Below, piece by piece: positions 1 to 10,552 of a DNA stretch of 64,000 nt. Positions within the stretch are counted from its first letter, which is position 1. Each line of letters starts with the position of its first letter. A program made the position numbers and the translations under genes. The notes under the pieces are model-generated. The model was not told the DNA's origin. It saw only the letters and a program-made list of their open reading frames with translations, and did not search any database. Source of the stretch: Candidatus Latescibacterota bacterium (lineage in GTDB: Bacteria; Latescibacterota; UBA2968; UBA8231); contig CBDCSU010000006.1 in NCBI GenBank assembly GCA_965221775.1, forward strand, positions 800,001-864,000, read 5' to 3'.

Positions 1-936
1 GACCTCGGAGACCGACATGATCCGCGGCAGCTCGCCGTCGATGACGAGGAGGCTCACGGAGATCGATGTCTCACAGTCGGTGAAGGCGTAGAGAGCGTCG
101 ACCACGTCGGCGGCGTAGACCCCGCGGGGCAGCTTGACCTCGATCTCCACCTTCTCGGCGGTGAAGTCGTGGATGGAGGCGACCTTCACCTTGTTCTTGC
201 GCGCCGCGTCCTCGATGGAGGCGATCAGCGTCTCGGTGGTGCAGCCGTAGGGGATCTCGCGGATGACGATGCGCTTGTCGTCGGAAGCGTCGAGGCGGGC
301 CCGCACCAGGACCCGGCCGTTGCCGTCTTCGTAGCCGGAGGCGTCCACCAGGCCGCCGATGGGGAAGTCGGGAAGGACCTGGAAAGGCTCGTCCCTCATG
401 AACGCCACCTGCGCCTCGAGGAGCTCGATCAGGTTGTGGGGCAGGACCTTCGTCGCCATGGTCGGGGCGATGCCCTCGGCCCCCTGGGCCAGCAGCAGGG
501 GGATGCGCACGGGCAGCACCACCGGCTCGCGGTTGCGGCCGTCGTACGAGTCGACGTACTCCGTCACCTTGGGATCGAAGATCACCTGCCGCGCCATGTC
601 GGTGAGGCGGCATTCGATGTAGCGCGCCGCCGAGGCCATGTCGCCGGTGTGGATGTTGCCGAAGTTGCCCTGCTTGTCGATGGCCAGGTCCTTGTTGGCC
701 AGCACGATGAGGGCCGAGAAGATCGACGCCTCGCCGTGGGGGTGGTAGCGCATGCACTGGCCCACCACGTTGGCCACCTTGTGGAAACGCCCGTCGTCGA
801 TCTCGTGGAGGGTGTGCAGGATGCGCCGCTGCACCGGCTTGAGCCCGTCCTCCAGGTGCGGGATGGCCCGCTCCTTGATGGCGTAGGACGAGTACTCGAT
901 GAAGTTCTTCTCGTAGATCTGCCGGATCCAGGCCAC
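1..936 (-). CDS. parC: DNA topoisomerase IV subunit A (ParC/GyrA family), N-terminal part; runs off the window edge
   Basis: Absent from the ORF track because it is open at the edge. Manual translation from GTG at 936 gives MAWIRQIYEKNFIEYSSYAIKERAIPHLEDGLKPVQRRIL...YHPHGEAS...GNFG...SAARYIECRL (catalytic Tyr). It lies directly downstream of parE. Confidence 0.9.
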   Translation of the reverse strand, partial: MAWIRQIYEKNFIEYSSYAIKERAIPHLEDGLKPVQRRILHTLHEIDDGRFHKVANVVGQCMRYHPHGEASIFSALIVLANKDLAIDKQGNFGNIHTGDMASAARYIECRLTDMARQVIFDPKVTEYVDSYDGRNREPVVLPVRIPLLLAQGAEGIAPTMATKVLPHNLIELLEAQVAFMRDEPFQVLPDFPIGGLVDASGYEDGNGRVLVRARLDASDDKRIVIREIPYGCTTETLIASIEDAARKNKVKVASIHDFTAEKVEIEVKLPRGVYAADVVDALYAFTDCETSISVSLLVIDGELPRIMSVSEV

Positions 937-948
937 GGCGCTCTTCCC

Positions 949-2805
949 TCAGACCATGTGTTCCATGATGTACTCGCGGCGCTCGGGGGTGTTCTTGCCC
1001 ATGTAGAACTCCAGCGTCTGGTGCACCGTCGACATCTTGTCGATGCTCGTCTTCACCAGCTTCATCTCCCCGCCGATGAACCGCCCGAACTCCTTCGGCG
1101 AGATCTCGCCCAGCCCCTTGAAGCGGGTCACCTCGGCACCCTTCACCTCTCGCAGCGCCTGGTCCCGCTCGTTCTCGGAGTAGCAGTAGCGGGTCTGCTT
1201 CTTGTTGCGCACCCGGAAGAGGGGCGTCTCGAGGATGTAGACGTGGCCGGCCACCACCAGCTCCTCGAAGTAGGTGAGGAAGAAGGTGAGGAGCAGGTTG
1301 CGGATGTGGAAGCCGTCCACGTCGGCGTCGGTGGCCAGGACGACGCGGTTGTAGCGCAGGCCTTCGATGCCGTCCTCCACGCCGAGGGCCATCATCAGGT
1401 TGTAGAGCAGCTCGTTCTTGTAGACGGTGGCCTTGCTGCGGCCGAAGGCGTTCTGCGGTTTGCCCGTCATGACGAAGATCGCCTGCGTGTTGGGGTCGCG
1501 CGAGGAGACGATGGAGCCCGCCGCCGACTGGCCCTCGGTGATGAACAGGGTCGACTCGTCGCCGTGCTTGCGGTGGCCGAGGTGGTACTTGCAGTCGCGC
1601 AGGTTCGGGTTCTTGATCGAGATCTTCCGGGCGTTCTCCCGGGCCTCCTTCTTCACCGCGTTCAGGTCCTTGCGCAGCTTCTCGTTGTTGAGAATCCGCG
1701 CCTCCAGGGCCCCGGCCGCCTCCCGGTTCCGGTGCAGGAAGTCGGCCACCGCCTCCTTCACCTCGCTCACCATCCAGCCGCGCACGTCGGTGTTGCCCAG
1801 CTTGTTCTTCGTCTGCGACTCGAAGACCGGCTCCTTGAGGCGCACCGACACGGCGCCGGCGATGCCCTCGCGCACGTCGACGCCGTTGAAGCTCCTGCGG
1901 TAGAACTCGTTCACCCCCTTCAGCAGACCCTCGCGGAAGGCCGACTGGTGGGTGCCGCCGTCGGAGGTGTACTGGCCGTTGACGAAGGACCAGTAGGTCT
2001 CGCCGTAGCCGTCGACGTGGGTGAAGGCGAACTCGAGGTGCCGGCCGGCGTGATGGGCGGGCTCGTAGGCGACTCCCTCGTCGGAGGCGCCGACCTCGCG
2101 CTGCAGCAGGTCGAGGAGCCCCTTCTTCGAGGTGAAGGAGCGGCCGTTGAGGACCAGGGTGAGCCCGCGGTTGAGGCAGGCGTAGTTCCACAGCCGGCGC
2201 TCGACGAACTCGACGTCGTACTCGTAGCTGTTGAAGATCCCGGGGTCGGGCCGAAACTCCACCCGCGTGCCGTCGGGCTCACCGGCGGCCGATCCCCTCT
2301 TCGTCTCCTTCTTCAGCTCCCCCGACTCGAAGACCGCCTCGGCGTACTTGCCGGCCCGGTAGGAGACCACCCGGAAGCGGTGGGAGAGGGCGTTCACCGC
2401 CTTGGTGCCGACGCCGTTGAGGCCCACCGAGAACTGGTAGACGTCGTCGTTGTACTTGGCCCCCGTGTTGATCACCGAGACGCACTCCACCAGCTTGCCC
2501 AGGGGAATGCCGGAGCCGTAGTCGCGAACGCGGACGCCGCCGCCCTCGATCTCGACCTCCACCTTGCGGCCGTGGCCCATCATGAACTCGTCCACGGCGT
2601 TGTCGATCACCTCCTTGAGCAGCACGTAGATGCCGTCGTCGGGATCGGAGCCGTCGCCGAGGCGGCCGATGTACATCCCCGTCCGCAGGCGGATGTGCTC
2701 GAGGGACGAGAGCGTCTTGATCTTGCTCTCGTCGTAGCCGTTGGCGCCGTTGGCGGCGGCCTTGCGCTTGGAGGGGGTGAAGAGGTCGGGCTGCGTCGTC
2801 GTCAT
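949..2805 (-). CDS. parE: DNA topoisomerase IV subunit B (ParE/GyrB family)
   Basis: EHIRLRTGMYIG, EVIDNAVDE, GLNGVG (GHKL ATPase), TEGQSA and DADVDG (TOPRIM), RFKGLGE; short 618-aa form. Confidence 0.92.
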   Translation of the reverse strand: MTTTQPDLFTPSKRKAAANGANGYDESKIKTLSSLEHIRLRTGMYIGRLGDGSDPDDGIYVLLKEVIDNAVDEFMMGHGRKVEVEIEGGGVRVRDYGSGIPLGKLVECVSVINTGAKYNDDVYQFSVGLNGVGTKAVNALSHRFRVVSYRAGKYAEAVFESGELKKETKRGSAAGEPDGTRVEFRPDPGIFNSYEYDVEFVERRLWNYACLNRGLTLVLNGRSFTSKKGLLDLLQREVGASDEGVAYEPAHHAGRHLEFAFTHVDGYGETYWSFVNGQYTSDGGTHQSAFREGLLKGVNEFYRRSFNGVDVREGIAGAVSVRLKEPVFESQTKNKLGNTDVRGWMVSEVKEAVADFLHRNREAAGALEARILNNEKLRKDLNAVKKEARENARKISIKNPNLRDCKYHLGHRKHGDESTLFITEGQSAAGSIVSSRDPNTQAIFVMTGKPQNAFGRSKATVYKNELLYNLMMALGVEDGIEGLRYNRVVLATDADVDGFHIRNLLLTFFLTYFEELVVAGHVYILETPLFRVRNKKQTRYCYSENERDQALREVKGAEVTRFKGLGEISPKEFGRFIGGEMKLVKTSIDKMSTVHQTLEFYMGKNTPERREYIMEHMV

Positions 2806-2976
2806 CGCGCTCCGTGAGCTGCCCGGGAGCGGCCGGGGCGAACCTTCGCCGGGCGTGGCATGGGCCGGTCGGGGGTCGGGCCGGACGTGTGGGGGACCCG
2901 GTCCTCCGGGGGAGGGGAGAGTGCTGTCTTGCGGGGGGAGAGTGCCGCCGCTTGCGAAGATAGGGCGGCAGTTGAA

Positions 2977-4245
2977 CTAGCGCGAGGGGCGGCCGGCGCC
3001 CCGGCCTCCGTGGTGGTGCTCGCGGTGGTGCGGCGGCCCGTGGTGCTCCTGGCGGCGCCCTCCCGGACCCCGGGGCTGGCCGCGTCCACGGCCCCGCCGG
3101 CGCCCGCCTCCGCCGCGGGCCCGGACCGCGTTGAGGTCGGGCGCGTGGCCGCGCCACTGGGGCTCGATGCCCCGGGACTGGACGATGCGCTTGAGGTTGC
3201 CCAGATCGCGGTCGGTGACCAGGGTGAGGGCGATGCCGGTGCGGCCCATGCGCCCCGTGCGGCCGGTGCGGTGGGCGTAGATCTCGGGGTTGAAGGGAAA
3301 GTCGAAGTTGACCACGTGGCTGACGTTGGTGAAGTCGAGCCCGCGGCCGGCCACGTCGGTGGCGATCATGTACTTGATCTCCCGGCCCTTGAAGCGGTCG
3401 AAGATCGAGATGCGGCGGTCCTGGTCGAGGCCGCCGTGGATGTACTCCACCGAGCGCAGGGAGCGGCGGACCTTGCGGTACAGCTCTCCCCCCTTGTCGC
3501 GCGAGTTGCAGAACACGATCACCTGGTCGATCCCCTCCTCGCCGGCGAGGAAGTCGGTGAGCATGTCGACACGGTCGCCGCGCACGTGCAGGAAGTGGTG
3601 CTGCAGAGAGCTGGGGGCCCGCTGGTCGCGGTTGAGCTCGATCCGCGCCGGCTGCGTCAGGTACTTGGCGGTGAGGTTCTCGATGGCCGGCGGCATCGTC
3701 GCCGACCACAGCAGCACCGTGTGCTCCTGCAGCAGGCAGGCGAGGATGAAGTCCACGTCCTCGATGAAGCCCATGTCGAGCATCTCGTCGGCCTCGTCGA
3801 GGACGACGGTGCGCACCTGCTGCAGGTCGATGCGGGTGTTCCAGATCAGGTCGATGAGGCGGCCCGGCGTGGCCACGAGGATGTGGACGCCGTGGTTGAG
3901 CTTGCTCTTCTGCACGCCGATGTCGAAACCGCCGAAGACGGCGAAGGGCACCACGTCGGTGTGGCGCGCCACGTCGTCGATCTCCTGCACGTACTGCATG
4001 GCCAGCTCGCGGGTCGGCACGAGGACGAGGTGCTGCACGACCCGGAGCTCCGGGTCGGTCATGTGCACCAGGGGGATGGCGCAGGCCGAGGTCTTGCCCG
4101 ATCCGGTCTCGGCGAGGCCGACCACGTCGCGGCCGCCGAGGACTTTGGGGATGGCCTTCTCCTGGATGGGGGTCATCTCCTGGTAGCCCATCTCGTCGAG
4201 GGCCGACAGGATCTCGGGCTTGAGGTCCAGGTCCGTGAATTTCAA
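2977..4245 (-). CDS. DEAD-box ATP-dependent RNA helicase
   Basis: Q motif TPIQ, AETGSGKT, PTRELA, TPGR, DEAD, SAT, HRTGRTGR; basic Gly/Arg/His-rich tail; TTG start. Confidence 0.95.
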   Translation of the reverse strand: MKFTDLDLKPEILSALDEMGYQEMTPIQEKAIPKVLGGRDVVGLAETGSGKTSACAIPLVHMTDPELRVVQHLVLVPTRELAMQYVQEIDDVARHTDVVPFAVFGGFDIGVQKSKLNHGVHILVATPGRLIDLIWNTRIDLQQVRTVVLDEADEMLDMGFIEDVDFILACLLQEHTVLLWSATMPPAIENLTAKYLTQPARIELNRDQRAPSSLQHHFLHVRGDRVDMLTDFLAGEEGIDQVIVFCNSRDKGGELYRKVRRSLRSVEYIHGGLDQDRRISIFDRFKGREIKYMIATDVAGRGLDFTNVSHVVNFDFPFNPEIYAHRTGRTGRMGRTGIALTLVTDRDLGNLKRIVQSRGIEPQWRGHAPDLNAVRARGGGGRRRGRGRGQPRGPGGRRQEHHGPPHHREHHHGGRGAGRPSR

Positions 4246-4528
4246 GGCGATGTGATTCCTTCTCGGTGGGTGCTCTCGCTCTGAGCGTCCCCGGGTGCAG
4301 GGGCGGGACGGAGCGCAGGCGGAAAGTCCGTCAGAGGATGGGGCCGCCGGCGGAACAGGAGGGCCGGCGAGGAGGGGGAAACGATCTCTAATACTATGAA
4401 ATTTCTGAAATTACGCAACCTCCGCCGGGCTCTGCCGGGGACCCGGGACGTTGCCCGCCGCAAGGGTCACCCTATCTTACGGCATCCCCCCGGTCCAACC
4501 CCTGCCATCGATATCCGCGAGTCCCGCC

Positions 4529-6049
4529 ATGGCCGACGTTCGCGTCCGTGTCGCCCCTTCTCCCACCGGCGCCCCGCACCTAGGCACGGCCTACATCGCC
4601 CTCTTCAACCGCCTCTTCGCCCGCCGCCACGGCGGCCGGTTGATCCTGCGCATCGAGGACACCGACCGCTCGCGGTCCCACCCCGACCACGAGCGCCGCC
4701 TCATCGACGCCCTGCGCTGGCTGGGGCTCGACTGGGACGAGGGCCCCATCGTGGGCGGCGCCTCCGGCCCCTACCGGCAGAGCGAGCGCCTCGACCGCTA
4801 CCGCGAGGCCGCCGAGGGCCTCGTCGAGGCCGGGCACGCCTACTACTCCTTCGCGACCCCCGCCGAGCTGGCCGCCTGGAGGGCCGAGGGACAGAGGGCC
4901 GGAGAGCCGCCCCCCCACGAGGCCGAGCGCGACGCCGACCCGGGGGACGGCCGCCGGCGTCATGCGGCCGGGGAGTCGTGCGTCCTCCGCATGAAGGTCC
5001 CGCGCGAGGGGGCCTGCGTGGTACCCGACCTGCTGCGCGGCGAGATCCGCTTCGACCACGGCGGCCTCGACGATCAGGTGCTGCTCAAGTCGGACGGCTT
5101 CCCCACCTACCACCTGGCGGTCGTCGTCGACGACCATCACATGGGGATCAGCCACGTCATCCGCGGCGAGGAGTGGATCAACTCGACGCCGAAGCACCTG
5201 CTGCTCTACGAGTGGCTCGGCTGGGAGCCGCCGGTCCACGCCCACCTGCCGCTGCTGCTCAACCCCGACCGCTCGAAGATGTCGAAGCGGCGCAACCCGA
5301 CGTCGATCGACTACTACCGCCGCGCCGGGTACCTGCCGGCGGCGGTCCTCAACTATCTCGCCCTGATGGCGTATCCCCCGGCCCGCGCCGCCGACGGCAG
5401 CGACGAGGAGAAGTTCGGCCTCGACGAGCTGGCCGCGCGTTTCGAGCTGGAGCGCGTCAACCTGGGGGGCTCGGTCTTCGACCTGGAGAAGCTCAACTGG
5501 CTCAACGGCCGCTACATCCGCGAGGACCTGACCGAGGGGGAGTTGCTCGCCGCCCTGCGGGAGTGGGCCCTCAACGACGAGACCTTCGGCCGGCTAGTGC
5601 CGCTCATGCAGCCGCGCATGGAGAGCCTGGGCGACTTCCTGCCGAGGTGCGCCTTCCTCTTCGCGCGTCGGGTGGAGGCGCGCGAAGAGGATCTGGTGCC
5701 GAAGAAGCGCACTCCCGGCGAGGTGGCTGCAACCCTGCAGTGCGCGGTGTGGGCCCTGGAGGAGGTGACGCCCTGGGGGCGGGACAGCGTGGAATCCGCC
5801 CTGCAGGCGGTCGCCGCGGCCCGGGAATGGCCGATCCGCGACCTGACGCGGCCCCTCTACGCCGCGCTCATGGGGCAACCCGTGGGGCCGCCCCTCTACG
5901 AGTCGATGGCGCTCCTCGGCGCCGACCTGACGCGGGCGCGGGTCCTCGAGGCGATCGAGGCCCTGGGCGGGCTCTCGAAGAAGAGGGCCCGCCGGCTGGA
6001 GAAGGAGTGGACGGAGGCCCGGGGCCGGGTCAGCCGCCCCGCTTCCTGA
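4529..6049 (+). CDS. gltX: Glutamate--tRNA ligase
   Basis: [15 protein letters not shown] (HIGH-like), RIEDTD, IRGEEW, KMSKR; start set at the ATG at 4529. Confidence 0.95.
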   Translation: MADVRVRVAPSPTGAPHLGTAYIALFNRLFARRHGGRLILRIEDTDRSRSHPDHERRLIDALRWLGLDWDEGPIVGGASGPYRQSERLDRYREAAEGLVEAGHAYYSFATPAELAAWRAEGQRAGEPPPHEAERDADPGDGRRRHAAGESCVLRMKVPREGACVVPDLLRGEIRFDHGGLDDQVLLKSDGFPTYHLAVVVDDHHMGISHVIRGEEWINSTPKHLLLYEWLGWEPPVHAHLPLLLNPDRSKMSKRRNPTSIDYYRRAGYLPAAVLNYLALMAYPPARAADGSDEEKFGLDELAARFELERVNLGGSVFDLEKLNWLNGRYIREDLTEGELLAALREWALNDETFGRLVPLMQPRMESLGDFLPRCAFLFARRVEAREEDLVPKKRTPGEVAATLQCAVWALEEVTPWGRDSVESALQAVAAAREWPIRDLTRPLYAALMGQPVGPPLYESMALLGADLTRARVLEAIEALGGLSKKRARRLEKEWTEARGRVSRPAS

Positions 6050-7718
6050 TGTTGGCCCAGGCGTCGCGCAGGGTCACGGTGCGGTTGAAGACCGGCCGCG
6101 CCGGGGTGGAGTCCGGGTCGGCGCAGAAGTAGCCGAGGCGCTCGAACTGCACCGTCGTCCCCGGGGCGGCGGCGGCCAGGCCCGGCTCCAGCCAGCAGCG
6201 GGGCCGCACCTCCAGCGAGTCGGGGTTCAAGTTGTCCATCCAGTCCTCGCCGTCGGCCACGTCGAGGGGGTCCTCCACCCGGAAGAGCCGGTCGTAGAGC
6301 CGCACCTCGGCTTCGATGGCGTGCTCTGCCGAGACCCAGTGCAGGGTGGCCTTCACCTTGCGGCCGTCGGGAGCGTCACCTCCGCGGGTGGCCGGATCGT
6401 AGCTGCAGCGCAGCTCGACGACGTGACCGGCGGCGTCCTTGACCACCTCGTCGCAGGTGATGAAGTAGGCGTAGCGCAGGCGCACCTCGCGCCCGGGGGC
6501 GAGGCGGAAGAACCTGCGCGGCGGGTCCTCCATGAAGTCGTCGGCCTCGATCCACAGCTCCCGCCCGAAGGGGATGAGGCGGGTCCCGGCGGACTCGTCC
6601 TCGGGGTTGTTCACCGCTTCGAGCTGCTCGCTCTCCCCCTCCGGGTAGTTGGTGATCACCACCTTGAGGGGCCGCACCACCCCCATCGCCCTCGTCGCCA
6701 CCTTGTTGAGGTGGTCGCGGATGCAGAACTCCAGCAGCGACACGTCGATGTTGTTGTCGCGCTTGGCCACCCCCACCTCGCTCCAGAACCGGCGGATCGC
6801 CTGCGGCGGCACGCCGCGCCGGCGCATCCCCCGGAGGGTGGGCATGCGCGGGTCGTCCCACCCCGAGAGCCGGCCCGACTCGATGAGACGGGTGAGGTGG
6901 CGCTTGTGGGTGATCGTGTAGGTGAGGTTGCCGCGGGCGTACTCGATCTGCCGCGACGGGAAGATGCCGAGCTTCTCGATGTACCAGTCGTAGAGGGGGC
7001 GGTTGGCCTCGAACTCCAGGGTGCACAGGGAGTGGGTGACGCCCTCGATGGAGTCGCTCTGGCCGTGGGCCCAGTCGTACATGGGGTAGATGCACCAGCG
7101 CTCGCCGGTGCGCTGGTGGGGGGCGCGGAGGATGCGGTACATCACCGGGTCGCGCAGGACCAGGTTCGGCGAGGCCATGTCGATGCGCGCGCGCAGGACC
7201 TTCTCGCCGTCGCCGAACTCGCCGGCGCGCATGCGCGCGAAGAGATCGAGATTCTCCGCCGCCGGGCGGCCGCGGAAAGGGCTGTCCCGCCCCGGCTCGG
7301 TGAGGGTGCCGCGGGTCCGGCGGATCTCCTCGGCCGACTGGTCGTCGACGTAGGCCAGGCCTTTGCCGATCAGATCGCAGGCCCAGTCGTAGAGCTGCTC
7401 GAAGTAGTCGGAGGCGTAGAGCTCGCGCTCGCCCCAGTCGAAGCCGAGCCAGCGGATGTCCTCCATCTGGGCGTCGACGAACTCCTGCTCCTCGCGCGCC
7501 GGGTTGGTGTCGTCGAAGCGCAGGTTGCAGCGCCCGCCGAAGTCGGCGGCGATGCCGAAGTTGACGCAGATCGCCTTGCCGTGGCCCACGTGCAGGTAGC
7601 CGTTGGGCTCGGGGGGGAAGCGGGTCACCACGCGGCCGTCGCAGCGGCCGGAGGCGGTGTCCGCCGCCACCGCCTCGCGCAGGAAGTCACGGGGGCGCCC
7701 GCCGTCCTCGCTCTCCAT
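6030..7718 (-). CDS. glnS: Glutamine--tRNA ligase
   Basis: [47 protein letters not shown]; convergent 20-bp overlap with gltX. Confidence 0.95.
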   Translation of the reverse strand: MESEDGGRPRDFLREAVAADTASGRCDGRVVTRFPPEPNGYLHVGHGKAICVNFGIAADFGGRCNLRFDDTNPAREEQEFVDAQMEDIRWLGFDWGERELYASDYFEQLYDWACDLIGKGLAYVDDQSAEEIRRTRGTLTEPGRDSPFRGRPAAENLDLFARMRAGEFGDGEKVLRARIDMASPNLVLRDPVMYRILRAPHQRTGERWCIYPMYDWAHGQSDSIEGVTHSLCTLEFEANRPLYDWYIEKLGIFPSRQIEYARGNLTYTITHKRHLTRLIESGRLSGWDDPRMPTLRGMRRRGVPPQAIRRFWSEVGVAKRDNNIDVSLLEFCIRDHLNKVATRAMGVVRPLKVVITNYPEGESEQLEAVNNPEDESAGTRLIPFGRELWIEADDFMEDPPRRFFRLAPGREVRLRYAYFITCDEVVKDAAGHVVELRCSYDPATRGGDAPDGRKVKATLHWVSAEHAIEAEVRLYDRLFRVEDPLDVADGEDWMDNLNPDSLEVRPRCWLEPGLAAAAPGTTVQFERLGYFCADPDSTPARPVFNRTVTLRDAWANIRKRGG

Positions 7719-7855
7719 CGGATCCTCCGTCTTGCGTCAGGGCAGGGCGCGCCGGGAGACGGGCGCCTCCTTCGTGTTGCAGAGGGGTGCCGCTGCCGTA
7801 GATTCCGGGGCTTCGCACCCGGACAAGCCGTGAAATCTATGAAGAAAAGAGAACC

Positions 7856-9082
7856 ATGGCCCTGCTCAACGAGCACTACCTGAAGCTCGCCGCCGGCTAC
7901 CTGTTCCCCGAGATCGGCCGCCGCACCGCCGCCTTCGCCGAGGCCAACCCGGGCGCCGACGTCATCCGCATGGGCATCGGCGACGTGGTGCGCGGCCTCC
8001 CCCGGCCGGTGGCCGAGGCGATGAAGGCCGCCTGCGAGGAGATGGCCCACGACGAGAGCTTCCACGGCTACCCGCCCGCCCGCGGCTACGACTTCCTCCT
8101 CGAGGCGATCGCCGGGCACGAGTTCCGGTGCCGCGGCGTCCCCGTCGACGCCGACGAGATCTTCCTCTCCGACGGCTCCAAGTGCGACTCCGCCAACATC
8201 CAGGAGATCTTCGGCCTCGACCAGAGGGTGGCCCTCACCGACCCGGTCTACCCCGTCTACTGCGACTCCAACGTCATGGCGGGGCGCACCGGCGCCGCCG
8301 ACGAGCAGGGCCGCTACGAGGGGCTCGTCTACCTGCCCTGCACGGCCGACAACGGCTTCCGCCCGCCCCTGCCCGACGGCCACGTGGACCTCGTCTACCT
8401 GTGCTCGCCGAACAACCCCACCGGCGCCGTGATGACCCGCCAGGACCTGGCCGCCTGGGTCGAGTACGCCCGCCGCGAGGGCGCCGTCCTGCTCTTCGAC
8501 GCCGCGTACGAGGCCTACGTCACCGATCCGGCGATCCCCCGGTCGATCTACGAGATCGACGGCGCCCGGGAGGTGGCCGTCGAGATGCGCTCGTTCTCCA
8601 AGACGGCGGGCTTCACCGGCGTGCGCTGCGCCTTCACCGTCGTGCCGAAGGAGCTGATGGGGTACACCGCCGCGGGCGAGGCCGTGCCCCTCCACGGGCT
8701 GTGGGACCGCCGCCAGTCGACCAAGTACAACGGCGTCTCCTATCCCGTGCAGAAGGGGGCCGCGGCCTGCTACACCCCCGAGGGCCAGGCGGCGGTGCGC
8801 GACCTCGTCGGCTTCTACCAGGAGAACGCCCGGCTCATGAAGGCCGACCTCGACGACGCCGGCTACACCGTTCACGGCGCCGACAACGCCCCCTACCTGT
8901 GGATCGCCTGCCCCGAGGGCGCCGACAGCTGGGGCTTCTTCGACCGCCTGCTGCAGGAAGCCCACGTGGTCTGCACCCCGGGGGCCGGCTTCGGCGCCGC
9001 CGGCGAGGGCTACGTGCGCCTCTCCGCCTTCCAGCAGCGCCCCCTGGTGGAGGAAGCCCTGGCCCGCATCCGCGCTCTGTAG
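7856..9082 (+). CDS. dapL: LL-diaminopimelate aminotransferase
   Basis: [43 protein letters not shown] (PLP Lys), PGAGFG. Confidence 0.93.
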   Translation: MALLNEHYLKLAAGYLFPEIGRRTAAFAEANPGADVIRMGIGDVVRGLPRPVAEAMKAACEEMAHDESFHGYPPARGYDFLLEAIAGHEFRCRGVPVDADEIFLSDGSKCDSANIQEIFGLDQRVALTDPVYPVYCDSNVMAGRTGAADEQGRYEGLVYLPCTADNGFRPPLPDGHVDLVYLCSPNNPTGAVMTRQDLAAWVEYARREGAVLLFDAAYEAYVTDPAIPRSIYEIDGAREVAVEMRSFSKTAGFTGVRCAFTVVPKELMGYTAAGEAVPLHGLWDRRQSTKYNGVSYPVQKGAAACYTPEGQAAVRDLVGFYQENARLMKADLDDAGYTVHGADNAPYLWIACPEGADSWGFFDRLLQEAHVVCTPGAGFGAAGEGYVRLSAFQQRPLVEEALARIRAL

Positions 9083-9243
9083 CCCGGTCCGCCTGAGCGC
9101 CTTGCGAGCCAGGCGCTCGACACCCTCCTCCGGCGCGAACCTGCGCCCGAGGCACTGCCTCGATCCCGCCGCCGCCTCGCTCTCGCGCCGCTCGGGCCGC
9201 CCTCGGCCGTCCCGCGCCGTCTCCCCCGGGTGTTCACACGGGC

Positions 9244-9272
9244 TTGACAGACGCTCCAAGCCCAATTACTGT
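9244..9272 (+). promoter_or_regulatory. Sigma70-type promoter of the small-ORF-nadA operon
   Basis: TTGACA (9244-9249), 17-nt spacer, TACTGT (9267-9272) in an AT-rich patch. Confidence 0.75.
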
Positions 9273-9285
9273 ACATCGATTAAGG

Positions 9286-9303
9286 AAGAATTACATAATT
9301 CTT
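9286..9303. promoter_or_regulatory. Perfect inverted repeat, candidate operator
   Basis: AAGAATTA-CA-TAATTCTT just downstream of the predicted transcription start; AT-rich in a ~70% GC context. Confidence 0.65.
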
Positions 9304-9333
9304 GCGGTTTCCACTCCTCCTCCAAGAGTATCC

Positions 9334-9552
9334 ATGCCCGCCGCACCAAAGCCCAAGAGCGACCGTTCCCGGCCGCGGACCTTCTCGGCCCACGACCGCG
9401 ACTTCCACATGCTGGAGGCGGTCGCCCGCTACCACGGCAGCAGCAAGAGCGCCATGATCACCGGCCTCATCCGCAAGGAGTTCTGGCGCGTCTTCCCCAA
9501 CGGCACCGAGAGCGTCCCCCCCGACGCGGGGGCGAAGGTGAGCGAGCCATGA
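9334..9552 (+). CDS. Small ribbon-helix-helix (CopG/Arc-like) putative DNA-binding protein, 72 aa
   Basis: MPAAPKPKSDRSRPRTFSAHDRDFHMLEAVARYHGSSKSAMITGLIRKEFW: beta-strand (RTFS), helix, GxS, helix pattern; stop overlaps the nadA start (ATGA). Confidence 0.7.
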   Translation: MPAAPKPKSDRSRPRTFSAHDRDFHMLEAVARYHGSSKSAMITGLIRKEFWRVFPNGTESVPPDAGAKVSEP

Positions 9553-10529
9553 CCCAGGTTGCCCCCCCCGCCGGCCAGACCCGCTTCGAGCACATCCCCG
9601 ACGAGGAGCTGATCGAACAGATCGACCGCCTCCGGGTGGAGAAGAACGCGGTGATCCTGGCCCACAACTACCAGATCCCGCCGATCCAGGATCTCGCCGA
9701 CGTCACCGGCGATTCCCTGGGGCTGTCGGTGGAGGCCTCGCGCACCGACGCCGACATCATCGTGTTCTGCGGCGTCCACTTCATGGCCGAGTCGGCCAAG
9801 ATCCTCAGCCCTCGCAAGCGCGTCTTCCTGCCCCACCTCGGGGCCGGCTGCGCGCTCTCCGACTCGATCACCGTGGAGAGCCTCTACGAGTGGAAGGAGC
9901 GCTACCCCGACCACGCCGTGGTCACCTACGTCAACTCCTCGGCGGAGGTGAAGGCCGAGTCCGACATCTGCTGCACCTCGGCCAACGCCGTCTCCGTGGT
10001 GCGCAGCCTCGACTCCGACCGCGTCCTGTTCACGCCCGACAAGAACCTGGCCCGCTGGGTGGCGGACCAGGTGCCCGAGAAGGAGGTCGTCGCCTACGAC
10101 GGCGTCTGCCCCACCCACGACGTGCTGCGCCACGCCACCGTCGACCGCACCCGCAAGGAGTTCCCCGAGGCCGTCATCATCGCCCATCCGGAGTGCCGCC
10201 AGGACGTGGTCGAGGCCGCCCACGAGGTCTGCTCGACGACGGGCATGCTCAACGCCGTCGGCAAGTACCCCGAGGCGCGGACCTTCATCATCGCCACCGA
10301 GGAGGGGATGATCCACCAACTGAGAAAGCGCTATCCCGGCAAGGAGTTCGTCCCCGCCGACGGCTGCATCGGCTGCCGGCTGCACTGCCCCTACATGAAG
10401 GTCACGGGGCTGCAGGACGTGTACTTCTCGCTGGCGGAGGAGCGCTTCGAGATCGACCTCGACGACGACGTCATCGAGGGGGCCCGCCTGTCTCTCGAAC
10501 GCATGATGGCGGTGCCGCGGGACAACTGA
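9549..10529 (+). CDS. nadA: Quinolinate synthase
   Basis: ILAHNYQ, GDSL, FCGVHFMAE, AGCAL, YVNSSAEVKA, CCTSAN, CPTH, AHPEC, CPYMK. Confidence 0.95.
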   Translation: MTQVAPPAGQTRFEHIPDEELIEQIDRLRVEKNAVILAHNYQIPPIQDLADVTGDSLGLSVEASRTDADIIVFCGVHFMAESAKILSPRKRVFLPHLGAGCALSDSITVESLYEWKERYPDHAVVTYVNSSAEVKAESDICCTSANAVSVVRSLDSDRVLFTPDKNLARWVADQVPEKEVVAYDGVCPTHDVLRHATVDRTRKEFPEAVIIAHPECRQDVVEAAHEVCSTTGMLNAVGKYPEARTFIIATEEGMIHQLRKRYPGKEFVPADGCIGCRLHCPYMKVTGLQDVYFSLAEERFEIDLDDDVIEGARLSLERMMAVPRDN

Positions 10530-10552
10530 GGGGCCGCCTCATCCGGGTATCG

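Noticed and set aside
71-2817. Long alternative-frame and antisense ORFs (71..2191, 169..2817 and many similar ones across the window, e.g. 15658..20019, 52911..55970)
   Set aside because: These are shadow ORFs expected at ~70% GC. They are Arg/Gly/Pro-rich or mirror real genes and have no family motifs. Only the C-terminal part of 15658..20019 is real (the SDR).
2910-2960. Short imperfect tandem repeat (GGGGAGAGTGC..CTTGCG twice) between the helicase and parE
   Set aside because: Only two short copies in GC-rich intergenic DNA. It could be regulatory, but there is too little support.
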